This document shows positions 37,841-47,136 of a stretch of 64,000 nucleotides of DNA, piece after piece. Source of the DNA: Candidatus Bathyarchaeota archaeon (lineage in GTDB: Archaea; Thermoproteota; Bathyarchaeia; Bathyarchaeales; Bathycorpusculaceae); NCBI GenBank assembly GCA_963828195.1, contig CAWHDT010000005.1, positions 320,001 to 384,000 on the forward strand, in the 5' to 3' direction. Position 1 is the stretch's first letter; every line of letters begins with the position of its first letter. The notes under the pieces were generated by a model. It ran no database searches and was not told where the DNA came from. It saw nothing but the letters and a program-made list of their open reading frames with translations. A program made the translations under genes and the position numbers.

Positions 37841-40621
37841 TTAAGTGTGGTCGTGCATTTTAAGCATTTCAGGACTGGTTTTAGTGAACTTGCGGCTGAA
37901 GAACTTTCTTATTTCCTCTGCGCAAACAACGATTACTGCTAGTGATACTAGAAATGCCCAGTTGCTGAGGGAGAGAGCAGTTGTTGTGAAGATGTGCTGC
38001 ATAAAAGGAACATAGATGAGTAGTGAGAGGATTCCGATTTGTGCAGTTATGCCGAAGATTATCCATTTGTTTGTTTTCAAGCTTGTTTTAAAGATTGATT
38101 GCTTGCTGGTTCGACATGCTAAGACATTGCCTGCTTGAGCTACTACTATACCAGCAAAAGTCATGGTTACACCTTTGGCGTAAACTCCGCTAGTATAAAA
38201 TGAACTGGTACTTGTTAAGACCATTCCAAAGTGCCATCCACCCGCAATCCAAGCGTTAAGGCACCCAATCATAGCTCCTGTAGCAATGATAACCCCGACG
38301 AACACCGAACGAAGTAGAACTTTACGGGTAAACAGTCTCTCCTTGATGCTTCTGGGTGGCTCTTGCATAATCCCTGCTTCAGGTGGTTCACGGCTTAAAG
38401 CCAAAGAGGGAATAACATCAATCGCAAGGTCAATGGCTAAAACTTGGGGCACAAGCAACGGCAAAGGAATACCTAAAACGGCGAACAATATAAACGGAAT
38501 CAGTTCAGCCCAGTCATGCGAAAACACATAAACAATAAACTTACGAATATTTTCATAAATTGCCCTCCCAGACTCAATGGCTTTCACAATGGATGCAAAG
38601 CTATCATTGAGCAAAACAATGTCGGCGGCTTCACGAGCAACATCAGTACCTGACGCCCCCATGGCAACACCGATGTCAGCTTCCTTAAGCGAAGGCGCAT
38701 CATTTGCTCCGTCACCAGTAACCGCAACAATTTCTCCGCCCTTTTTGACCACTGTAACTATACGAAGTTTCTGTTCAGGTGAAACACGAGCAAAAATCAC
38801 GTTGCCTTTGCGAACTTCATCTACGATTGCTTGGTCGCTTAAATCATCCAAGTCCACCCCGCGAATAATCTGATGACGTTCCTGGTCGACGATTCCAACT
38901 TCTTGAGCAATAGCCTGAGCGGTTGGACCGTAATCCCCCGTGATAATGACGGTTTTCACTCCTGCTCGCTTTGCCTCCAAAACGGCATCTTTAACTTCTA
39001 TTCGTGGAGGATCACGCATTGCGGCCAACCCTACAAAAATTAGGTTTTTTTCTACTTCATCTTTGATGTATGCGCTTTTGGGGATTTCCTTGTATGCTGC
39101 GGCAATGACGCGCAACCCCTCAGTGGCAAACTCATGAATCTTAGCTTCAATAACCTTAATGGTCTCTTCGTTTAATTCTTCAACTTTATCATCAACAAGC
39201 ATTTCGGTACAGATGTCTAAAATGTTTCTTGGAGCACCTTTTGTGTAAATGCAAACGTCACCGTTCATCTTATGAACGGTGCTCATTCGTTTTCGCTCAA
39301 AACTGAACGGTAAAACATGCACAATTGGTTTCTCTTCTAAAGCATTTTGAACGTTCACATTCGATTTTAGCGCAGCAACAAGTAAAGCGCCGTCAGTTGG
39401 GTCACCTATCACACCCCAATTTCTGTTTCTATCTGAAGGAGGATCAAGCTTTGCTCCGTTACAAAGTGCAGTAATCTCAATAAGCTTTTCCAGAGAGCCC
39501 GTTTGCCCCTCTTGTAGTGGCTGACCGTTTTTGGTGAAATCGCCTTCAGGTTTGTAGCCTAAGCCCGAAACGTCCACGACAGAATCGTAAACCCACAGCT
39601 TGTTTACAGTCATTTCGCCCTTCGTTATTGTGCCAGTCTTATCAGTGCAGATTACTGTAACGCTGCCTAAGGTTTGCACAGCTGATAACCGCTTTACCAA
39701 AACGTTCTGTTTTACCATTTTTAGAACGTTGATGGCTAAGGCGCTTGAAACGGTGACTTGTAAACCTTCAGGAACGCAAGCCACCATTACACCAATCATG
39801 AAGAAAATGCCTGTAGCTAAAGTAACATGTAAGAAGAAAAAACTAAAGACAAAAAATATCGTACCCACTGCAACAGCGATTATGAAATCATACTTTGCTG
39901 TTAAAGTGATTTCTTTCTGGAGCGGGCTTTCTTCTTCATGAATTGTCTGAGTTAAACTGGCGATTCTTCCAAACTGGGTATTCATTCCTGTTGAGTAAAC
40001 AACTGCTTTTCCTTGACCTTTGGCGACGCTTGTACTCATGAAAACGAGGTTTGGCGAATACAAGTACGTTTTCTCAGCTGTGTTAACGACCTCGGCAACA
40101 CGCGGTTGCGGTTCCGACTCACCTGTTAAAGGAACGTTATTGGTCCATAAGTCAAAAGCTTCAATTAAGCGTGCGTCCGCCGGTACACGGTCGCCTTCTT
40201 CCAGAGATATAATGTCCCCTGGGACAATTTCTCTGACTGAGATTTTTTTATGTTCTCCGTCTCGGATTACTTTGGCAAACTCGGGCATCCAGCTTTTGAG
40301 GGTTGCCATAGCTTTTTCTGCACGGGACTCTTGAAACATGCTTACAAAAATGTTTACAAAAACAACTGCAAGTATAATTAAGGCAGTTTCTAGACTGCCG
40401 CTTATGTAAGATAAAACGCTTGCAACTAGCAACAAAATGCCGAAAAGGTCGCGAAGGTGATGGATAAATTTGTGGATAAAAGGTATTTGCCTTTTTTCGG
40501 AAAGTTGGTTGTAGCCATATTTCGTCAGACGAAGTTTTGCCTCGTCGCTTGACAGGCCATTGGGTGATGTCTTTAGGTCGTCGAAGACCTCGTTAATTGG
40601 CAAAGAAGCAGCTTTCTCCAA
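37841..40621 (-). CDS. P2-type cation-transporting ATPase
   Basis: TGES, VPEGL, DKTGT, KGAP, DPPR, TGD, GDGAND; IDLAID resembles the Na/K-pump IDLGTD motif. Confidence 0.95.
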   Translation of the reverse strand: MEKAASLPINEVFDDLKTSPNGLSSDEAKLRLTKYGYNQLSEKRQIPFIHKFIHHLRDLFGILLLVASVLSYISGSLETALIILAVVFVNIFVSMFQESRAEKAMATLKSWMPEFAKVIRDGEHKKISVREIVPGDIISLEEGDRVPADARLIEAFDLWTNNVPLTGESEPQPRVAEVVNTAEKTYLYSPNLVFMSTSVAKGQGKAVVYSTGMNTQFGRIASLTQTIHEEESPLQKEITLTAKYDFIIAVAVGTIFFVFSFFFLHVTLATGIFFMIGVMVACVPEGLQVTVSSALAINVLKMVKQNVLVKRLSAVQTLGSVTVICTDKTGTITKGEMTVNKLWVYDSVVDVSGLGYKPEGDFTKNGQPLQEGQTGSLEKLIEITALCNGAKLDPPSDRNRNWGVIGDPTDGALLVAALKSNVNVQNALEEKPIVHVLPFSFERKRMSTVHKMNGDVCIYTKGAPRNILDICTEMLVDDKVEELNEETIKVIEAKIHEFATEGLRVIAAAYKEIPKSAYIKDEVEKNLIFVGLAAMRDPPRIEVKDAVLEAKRAGVKTVIITGDYGPTAQAIAQEVGIVDQERHQIIRGVDLDDLSDQAIVDEVRKGNVIFARVSPEQKLRIVTVVKKGGEIVAVTGDGANDAPSLKEADIGVAMGASGTDVAREAADIVLLNDSFASIVKAIESGRAIYENIRKFIVYVFSHDWAELIPFILFAVLGIPLPLLVPQVLAIDLAIDVIPSLALSREPPEAGIMQEPPRSIKERLFTRKVLLRSVFVGVIIATGAMIGCLNAWIAGGWHFGMVLTSTSSFYTSGVYAKGVTMTFAGIVVAQAGNVLACRTSKQSIFKTSLKTNKWIIFGITAQIGILSLLIYVPFMQHIFTTTALSLSNWAFLVSLAVIVVCAEEIRKFFSRKFTKTSPEMLKMHDHT

Positions 40622-40637
40622 ATAAATTCCGCCAACC

Positions 40638-40850
40638 TCACGATTGACTGCCGCTTAGTCCCATTAAACTCTTAATTAATTTTTTAGTGGTTGGCCCTTG
40701 TATGTTTAAATGAATGAAACAGTATCTTTGTTGCATACCTTGTGAGTTACCTTGTCTTAGTAATATATCCTTCAGAAAATCTTTTGAAAGTCTCCCTTTC
40801 ATCTTCCAGCTTATCGATTTTTTCAAACCATTATGGTGACAGTACGACAT
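40638..40850 (-). CDS. Small hypothetical protein
   Basis: 70 aa ORF co-oriented just upstream of the ATPase. Confidence 0.3.
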   Translation of the reverse strand: MSYCHHNGLKKSISWKMKGRLSKDFLKDILLRQGNSQGMQQRYCFIHLNIQGPTTKKLIKSLMGLSGSQS

Positions 40851-40954
40851 CTAATGTTGTTATTTCTCCTTTCTGTTTAAAGCAATCCGTTAGAGGGATT
40901 ATGTATTGGCTCTTAGTGCAGTATTTCCACTATTTCAGAATACCAGACCAACGC

Positions 40955-41152
40955 TTAGCTTAAGGGAACGCTGCCACTTTCGTGATGAACATTATATGCG
41001 GCTTGTAGCAATCGATTTACACGACAAAGCTCAGGATAGATTTTTTTGTATTCTTCCGATGCATAGTATTCTATTTCACTGGGATAGGCCTTTGCATGTT
41101 GATTTATGTATTTCAGTGCTTCGTGTATGTTCTTGAATTCCAAGTTGCTCAT
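40955..41152 (-). CDS. Small hypothetical protein
   Basis: 65 aa, protein-like composition, co-oriented with the ATPase. Confidence 0.5.
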   Translation of the reverse strand: MSNLEFKNIHEALKYINQHAKAYPSEIEYYASEEYKKIYPELCRVNRLLQAAYNVHHESGSVPLS

Positions 41153-41188
41153 CTTCCAATTTAATGGACATAAAATGGGTTTCTTGTA

Positions 41189-41287
41189 TCAGACTTTGAT
41201 TTTGAGTTCTAACTTGATGCTATAGGCTATAAAGGCAATTGAACCGATTATCGCGGTTATTGAAGCTATATCAATTATTCCAAACAT
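41189..41287 (-). CDS. 32 aa single-TM micro-peptide
   Basis: MFGIIDIASITAIIGSIAFIAYSIKLELKIKV*, SD GGTGA, motif promoter upstream; truncated copy at 46502. Confidence 0.6.
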   Translation of the reverse strand: MFGIIDIASITAIIGSIAFIAYSIKLELKIKV

Positions 41288-41330
41288 ATTTTCACCGTTT
41301 TACTTCTCACTAAGTTAGTTGCTTAGTTAA

Positions 41331-41370
41331 ATATAAATGCAGTTGTGATTTGTTCATAATTTTTCATAAA
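41331..41370 (-). promoter_or_regulatory. Island promoter motif copy 6
   Basis: Minus strand TTATGAACAAATCACAA-N5-TTTATA. Confidence 0.7.
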
Positions 41371-41580
41371 CACTCGACATGCGTCTAAACTATAACAAGA
41401 AAAATTTTTATGAAATAAAGCATTAAAGCGCGCTTGTTGATGTAACTAAAAACGGAACCGTGTTTTATGCTGCGGAAGTACTTGAGCGTACAATCAAACT
41501 AAACAGTTAGCTAACTAATACATTAAGATGCGGTTGCCTGTCCATATTTTTCGGAGCATTACTTTACAAATTTTTTATTT

Positions 41581-41618
41581 TTCATAATTTTTATGAACAA
41601 ATCTCAATTACGTTTAAA
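41581..41618 (+). promoter_or_regulatory. Island promoter motif copy 7 (glnA promoter)
   Basis: Perfect TTCATAA-TTT-TTATGAA then CAAATCTCAA-N5-TTTAAA. Confidence 0.8.
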
Positions 41619-41670
41619 TGTGATCGTTTCTCCCTTTGTCTCAAAATATCTTGAATAAATGGTGAAGTGA

Positions 41671-43137
41671 ATGGAAAAAAATGATTCCGTGAAAAAAGCC
41701 ACAGAGAGCCTAAAAACCAACAATGTTAGGTGGGTGCATTCCGCCTTCGTTGATATTCGTGGAATACTGCAAGACATGGTGCTCCCGGCAAGGGATTATC
41801 TTAGCGGCGAAGCATTTACTGCAGGAGTGGGTTTTGACGGTTCTTCTGTTAGAGGCTTCAAATCCATTGAAGAATCAGACATGATTTTCATGCCTGACGC
41901 AAAAACCCTATCAATAATGCCTTGGGTCACCGATGAAAAGCAAAAAAGTGCTATAATTCTCGGAGACGTCTACGAAGCATTCGGGGGAAAAGAGCCATCA
42001 GTCGTTGACCCAAGAAGCTTTGCAGCAAAAAGAGCCGTAGCAGAAGCCAAAGCAATGGGTTACACAGGATTCTTCGCTCCCGAACTGGAGTTCTTCGTCT
42101 TTTCCTCAATTGACCCAACTAAACTCACTTGGGATCTTTGGGCAGCTCCAAAAAGTGGCGAAGGAGACGCGTGGGGAGCCCCAAGAGTGGTACCTCAGTC
42201 ACCAGAAATTACGCCAGGTAATTACGTGATAAGACCAAAGGAAGCATACTACAGAACCCCGCCCGAAGACACAACCGTCGAATTCAGGAATGAGGTTTCG
42301 CAAGTCCTAGAAGATGACTTTGGATTAACCATTGAAAAGCATCACCATGAGGTAGCCACCGTTGGTCAAGTGGAAATTGACTACAAATACGGAGAACTCT
42401 TAGATACGGCGGATAGGGCGATGTACTACAAATTTGTTGCCAAAAACATCGCTCACAAACATGGCTTAATTGCAACTTTCATGCCAAAACCAGTTTACCT
42501 TGACAATGCAAGCGGGATGCACGTACACCAGTCGATATGGTCTGGAGGAAAAACCGCCATGTACGATGAAGCAGACGGATACGCTGAGCTAAGCCAAACT
42601 GGAAGATACTACGTTGGAGGCCTTTTGGAGCATGCAAAAGCCTTAACCGCGGTCTGCTGCCCAACGGTAAGCTCCTATAAGCGTCTTGTACCAGGTTTTG
42701 AAGCGCCGATTTACGTAGTTTGGTCTAGACGTAACAGGTCAGCATTAGCCCGCATACCAATGTACTACAAAGGACCAGAGTTTGCAGCACAAAAAAGAGT
42801 CGAGTACCGAGGAGTAGACCCTTCATGCAACCCCTACTTGGCGTTTGCATGCCTCTTGACGGCCGGGCTTGATGGCGTCAAAAAGAAGATAGACCCCGGC
42901 GACCCAGTTGACGAAGACATCTACAAGTTATCTCCACAAAAACGCAAATCCCTCGGCATCAAAGAACTCCCAACCACGCTTAAGGACGCATTGGAAGAGC
43001 TAAAAAGCGACGAAGTACTTCAAAAGGCACTTGGAAGCCACATATTCGACGCCTTTATAGATCTTAAAACCAACGATTGGAACCAGTACTGCCTCTACGT
43101 GTCACCATGGGAGATAATGAAATACCTTGACTACTAA
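41671..43137 (+). CDS. glnA: Glutamine synthetase type I
   Basis: FDGSS, PELEFF, HHHEVA, ATFMPKP, SGMHVHQS, SYKRLVPGFEAP, RNRS, NPYLA. Confidence 0.97.
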   Translation: MEKNDSVKKATESLKTNNVRWVHSAFVDIRGILQDMVLPARDYLSGEAFTAGVGFDGSSVRGFKSIEESDMIFMPDAKTLSIMPWVTDEKQKSAIILGDVYEAFGGKEPSVVDPRSFAAKRAVAEAKAMGYTGFFAPELEFFVFSSIDPTKLTWDLWAAPKSGEGDAWGAPRVVPQSPEITPGNYVIRPKEAYYRTPPEDTTVEFRNEVSQVLEDDFGLTIEKHHHEVATVGQVEIDYKYGELLDTADRAMYYKFVAKNIAHKHGLIATFMPKPVYLDNASGMHVHQSIWSGGKTAMYDEADGYAELSQTGRYYVGGLLEHAKALTAVCCPTVSSYKRLVPGFEAPIYVVWSRRNRSALARIPMYYKGPEFAAQKRVEYRGVDPSCNPYLAFACLLTAGLDGVKKKIDPGDPVDEDIYKLSPQKRKSLGIKELPTTLKDALEELKSDEVLQKALGSHIFDAFIDLKTNDWNQYCLYVSPWEIMKYLDY

Positions 43138-43170
43138 AACTAAATGAGCTAAAAAAAAGAAGAACCGAAC

Positions 43171-44151
43171 ATGGCACCAAACAAATCTGAATATGAGAAA
43201 CTGCTTCCAGAAATTCGGGCTCTAACAGACAAAGTGGTCATGCAAAATATGGCTGACGGAATTCTATTCTCAGCTGGAGTCAACACAAGCGTAATTGCCT
43301 ATCACGCAGTCAAATACAAACCTAAAATACCCACTTTGACCATGTCTTTCAAGCATGGCCAACCCAAAGACACTGAATACGTTAAAAAAATGGTGGATTT
43401 CCTCCACCTTCAACATGAATTCCACAGTTTTGACCGCGCCGACATAGTTGCTTCAGTCGAGCAAATTGTTCAGGTCCTAAAGATTTTTGACCCCATGGAA
43501 ATAAGAAACTGTGTTTCGGTTTACATTGGCTTAACTATTGCAAAGATTGAAGGCATAAAAAGCGTTTTCACAGGAGATGGAGTAGATGAGCTTTTCGGTT
43601 ATCCTTGGATGTGGCGCCTATCTGATACTGAACTGACGAAAAAATTCGAGGACATGTGGGGAGAAATGGCTTTCTCTTCTATTCCCATGGGCAAATCATT
43701 AGGCGTTGAAGTGAAGCCGCCTTTTCTTGACTCTAAGTTCATGGAGTACGCAAAGAAACTGCCTAACTATTTGAAGATCAACGAAGAAAACGGCGTGAAA
43801 TACAGCAAATGGATTCTTCGCAAAGCATATGAAGATCTGATTCCAAAAGAAGTAATTTGGCGACCGAAAGCACCATTGGAACAAGGAACTGGCACTACAG
43901 TTCTCACAGATTACTTTGGCAAGGAAATTTCAGACACAGAGTTTGCTGAGAGGCGAAAGCTGATCCTCGAGAAAGATGATGTTTTCATAACAAGCAAAGA
44001 ACAGCTGCTATACTACGACCTTTTCAGAAAACACTTCGCAAAACCATCAAGCGTCTACAGTGAAAAAATAGGCAGGCAATGTCCCAAATGTAAAAGCTAT
44101 GTGAAAACGGAGCTTGGATTCTGCAAGGTTTGCGGGAATTACCCCATTTAA
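43171..44151 (+). CDS. Asparagine-synthase-family synthetase domain only, with C-terminal Zn ribbon
   Basis: TGDGVDELFG, PFLD, KWILRKA, WRPK; no Ntn glutaminase domain; CPKC/CKVC; PP-loop altered to SAGVNTS. Confidence 0.85.
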   Translation: MAPNKSEYEKLLPEIRALTDKVVMQNMADGILFSAGVNTSVIAYHAVKYKPKIPTLTMSFKHGQPKDTEYVKKMVDFLHLQHEFHSFDRADIVASVEQIVQVLKIFDPMEIRNCVSVYIGLTIAKIEGIKSVFTGDGVDELFGYPWMWRLSDTELTKKFEDMWGEMAFSSIPMGKSLGVEVKPPFLDSKFMEYAKKLPNYLKINEENGVKYSKWILRKAYEDLIPKEVIWRPKAPLEQGTGTTVLTDYFGKEISDTEFAERRKLILEKDDVFITSKEQLLYYDLFRKHFAKPSSVYSEKIGRQCPKCKSYVKTELGFCKVCGNYPI

Positions 44152-44212
44152 TTCTCCTTTTTTTGGAAACTATCTTAAAATATATCTTTCAGATTTTTTA
44201 GACGGTGGACTT

Positions 44213-45886
44213 ATGTGTGGAATAGTTGGGATCTTTAATTTGACTGAACCAGTCTCTAGTGCACGGGACAAGGCGCTTAGGATGGCTGCTAAGATAAGGC
44301 ATAGAGGTCCAGACTGGAGTGGCATTTACAGTGATGATAAGGCAATTCTTGCTCATGAAAGACTCTCAATCGTTGACGTTGAACATGGTGCACAACCCTT
44401 GTTCGACAAGCTTAATGGTAACGTTCTGGCTGTGAACGGCGAAATTTACAACCACTTGCTTCTTCGTAATGAATTGAAAAAAAACCATTTGTGGCAGACA
44501 AAATCAGACTGCGAAGTAATCCTGTATCTCTACGATGAGTATGGCCCAGAGTTTTTGAACATGCTAAACGGCATGTTTGCTTTCATCCTCTATGACAAGA
44601 CAAAAGGGCAGTATTTCATTGCGAGAGACCACATTGGAATCATTCCGCTGTACGTAGGGTGGAATAACAAAGGAACTTTTTATGTAGCCAGCGAAATGAA
44701 AGCCCTAAATGATTATTGTACCAATGTCAAAGAGTTCCCTCCGGGACATTATCTAAATGGTAAAGGGAAAGATTTCGTTAGGTGGTATAAACCTGAGTGG
44801 GCTGAGAAAATTCCAACAAAAAAACTTGTTCTTCCAGACTTGAGAAAAGCATTGGAGAAGTCGGTGAAAGGACAAATGATGTCGGACGTGCCCTACGGCG
44901 TTCTTATCTCGGGCGGACTCGATTCTTCGCTAATAGCTGCTATCGCTTCGAAGTTCAGAAAGAAGAGGGTTGAATCTGGCGACAAAGAGGAAGCATGGTG
45001 GCCACGTTTGCACTCATTCGCAGTGGGTTTGACGGACTCGCCTGACCTGAAATACGCAAAGAAGGTTGCCGACTACATTGGAACCGTGCATCATGAAATA
45101 ATTTTCACTATACAGGAAGGTTTTGACGCGATAGAGGATGTAATCTACCATTTGGAAACATTTGATGTTACCACTATTCGTGCTGCTACACCGATGTATT
45201 TGATGGCTAGAAAAATAAAATCTATGGGTATCAAAATGGTCTTATCCGGTGAAGGCGCAGACGAAGTATTTGGCGGATACCTGTATTTCCATAAAGCACC
45301 AAATAAACAGGAATTCTACGAAGAAACAGTAAGAAAACTATTCTTGCTAAGCAAATATGATTGCCTGCGAGCAAACAAAGCAACCGCTGCTTGGGGCGTT
45401 GAAACACGGGTGCCTTTTTTAGATAAGGAGTTTTTGGATTTTGCCATGGGCTTTGATCCACAAGAGAAAATGTGCTCAGGTGGCAAAATCGAAAAATATG
45501 TGTTGAGAAAAGCGTTTGAAGGCTACATTCCTGACGAGATTCTTTGGAGACAAAAAGAGCAGTTCTCCGACGGCGTTGGCTACGGATGGATAGACTACCT
45601 CAAAAAATACGCCGAAAGCGCAGTAACAGATGCAATGATGGCGAACGCTAAACTTAAGTTCTCTACACAAACGCCATCATCAAAAGAGGAATATTACTAC
45701 AGACAGATATTTGACAGCTACTTTACATGTCCCACTGCCGCATTAACTGTTCCTGTGGGTCCAACAATTGCCTGTTCCACCCCAACGGCCTTCAGATGGA
45801 GCAAAGAATTTGCAAAAATGGCCGACCCATCAGGCAGATCCGTCAAAGAACACAACCAAACATTAACCGAAAACAAGAAACAATAA
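44213..45886 (+). CDS. asnB: Asparagine synthetase B (glutamine-hydrolysing)
   Basis: Starts MCGIVG at 44213; RHRGPD, NGEIYN, SGGLDSS, SGEGADE, WRQKEQFSDGVG. Confidence 0.96.
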   Translation: MCGIVGIFNLTEPVSSARDKALRMAAKIRHRGPDWSGIYSDDKAILAHERLSIVDVEHGAQPLFDKLNGNVLAVNGEIYNHLLLRNELKKNHLWQTKSDCEVILYLYDEYGPEFLNMLNGMFAFILYDKTKGQYFIARDHIGIIPLYVGWNNKGTFYVASEMKALNDYCTNVKEFPPGHYLNGKGKDFVRWYKPEWAEKIPTKKLVLPDLRKALEKSVKGQMMSDVPYGVLISGGLDSSLIAAIASKFRKKRVESGDKEEAWWPRLHSFAVGLTDSPDLKYAKKVADYIGTVHHEIIFTIQEGFDAIEDVIYHLETFDVTTIRAATPMYLMARKIKSMGIKMVLSGEGADEVFGGYLYFHKAPNKQEFYEETVRKLFLLSKYDCLRANKATAAWGVETRVPFLDKEFLDFAMGFDPQEKMCSGGKIEKYVLRKAFEGYIPDEILWRQKEQFSDGVGYGWIDYLKKYAESAVTDAMMANAKLKFSTQTPSSKEEYYYRQIFDSYFTCPTAALTVPVGPTIACSTPTAFRWSKEFAKMADPSGRSVKEHNQTLTENKKQ

Positions 45887-46078
45887 TCCAAACTCTCACC
45901 CCAACACGAATGGATCGATGGAATTTTCTCTTGCCTCATTAATTGCTGTCAAAAACGATTAACTTTAGCAACCGCCTGTTTCACTAATTCTTTCGATGTT
46001 CTATAAAAACTATTTTCGTTTTATCTGCTGAAAAGTTAAAAAAAGTTTGAAGTTTTTATAAGTTTCGTGCCCTTGAAG

Positions 46079-46321
46079 CTACATCGGTAATAGCACAATG
46101 GAGGTTTCTGTTCGGATGACGTTGGGGTCTTTTTCAATTATTTTGTAAACGACTTGGTTTATGTCTTCAAGTTCTGGAGCTTCCAAAATTATTATTGCGT
46201 CGTATCGACCGAAGATGGCATCCGCAGATAATATGCAGGTTCCTTTGACTTTGCCTTTTATTCTTTTAACGACTTCTAATGATGTACCTGGTTTGGTGCT
46301 TAATAATATGTAGGCTTTCAA
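46079..46321 (-). CDS. Stand-alone Lrp/AsnC ligand-binding (RAM) domain protein
   Basis: MKAYILL...IFGRYDAII...VIRTETSI. Confidence 0.88.
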   Translation of the reverse strand: MKAYILLSTKPGTSLEVVKRIKGKVKGTCILSADAIFGRYDAIIILEAPELEDINQVVYKIIEKDPNVIRTETSIVLLPM

Positions 46322-46419
46322 TTTTTTTTACCTCTTCGTTTTTAAATACCTGATTAAAGAATAAAGTAAGTAATCTTTTTTCCACACATATAAATCTTGT
46401 TTAGACATATGTTTAACTT

Positions 46420-46457
46420 TTAAGAATAAATATGAACAAAGCACAACTATATTTAAA
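46420..46457 (+). promoter_or_regulatory. Island promoter motif copy 8
   Basis: TATGAACAAAGCACAA-N5-TTTAAA. Confidence 0.6.
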
Positions 46458-46501
46458 TTCAGCTATACATCCATCTCATCATAAAATAAAATGGTGAAAA
46501 A

Positions 46502-46561
46502 ATGTTTGGAATAATTGATATGGCTTCAATAGGCATGATCTTAGAACACAGGGGGGATTAA
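46502..46561 (+). pseudogene. Truncated duplicate of the 41189-41287 micro-peptide
   Basis: MFGIIDMASI..., nucleotide sequence nearly identical including the GGTGAAAA leader. Confidence 0.6.
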
Positions 46562-46588
46562 GCAGCGAATAGGCAAGAGGCAGTTTCG

Positions 46589-46795
46589 TTGTTGAAGGAA
46601 TTAATGACTGATTGTGACTCATTCCATACCGCCAAAGCTGTTTCGGTAGAATCTAACAGGGCAGACGATAATTGGCAACTTAATCTTAGCTGGGTGCCTT
46701 ACCCAACAGAAAACGAGTGCCTCAAAAAAATCGTTACTGAGCACGGTTTAGAAATGCTAACGTCAAATGAAAGAACAATTTTTCGCTCAGTCTAA
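46589..46795 (+). CDS. Small hypothetical protein
   Basis: 68 aa; frame extends upstream to a GCG at 46565 (ANRQEAVSLLKEL). Confidence 0.55.
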   Translation: MLKELMTDCDSFHTAKAVSVESNRADDNWQLNLSWVPYPTENECLKKIVTEHGLEMLTSNERTIFRSV

Positions 46796-47136
46796 CGCTT
46801 TTTTTGAAATTGGTTTTATAACCCGCGAGGTTAACCTTGATAAACGACTCGAGTTTCTATTTAAAAGATATAGTTTCAATAGCGTTTTTTCAAATCTCGT
46901 TTATTGAGGGTTTATACCAACTTTCGGCTGACAACCTCTTTCTCATGTTCAGCAAGATGACGCGCATCCGAATATACCTAAAAAAAAGTTTATTTTAATA
47001 ATTGCGTAGTTACGGGATTCAACCGCTATTTTTTCTGGTTCTGATGGATGAGTTTTAAATAGAACTTGACTTTTCCGTTTTTCTTTAAAGTCCTTCGAAG
47101 ATAGAATCTTAATCAAAGATGATTTAGCACCTCAAA

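Noticed and set aside
44114-44212. Upstream extension of asnB in the ORF track
   Set aside because: The Ntn glutaminase needs an N-terminal Cys, so the start is MCG at 44213.
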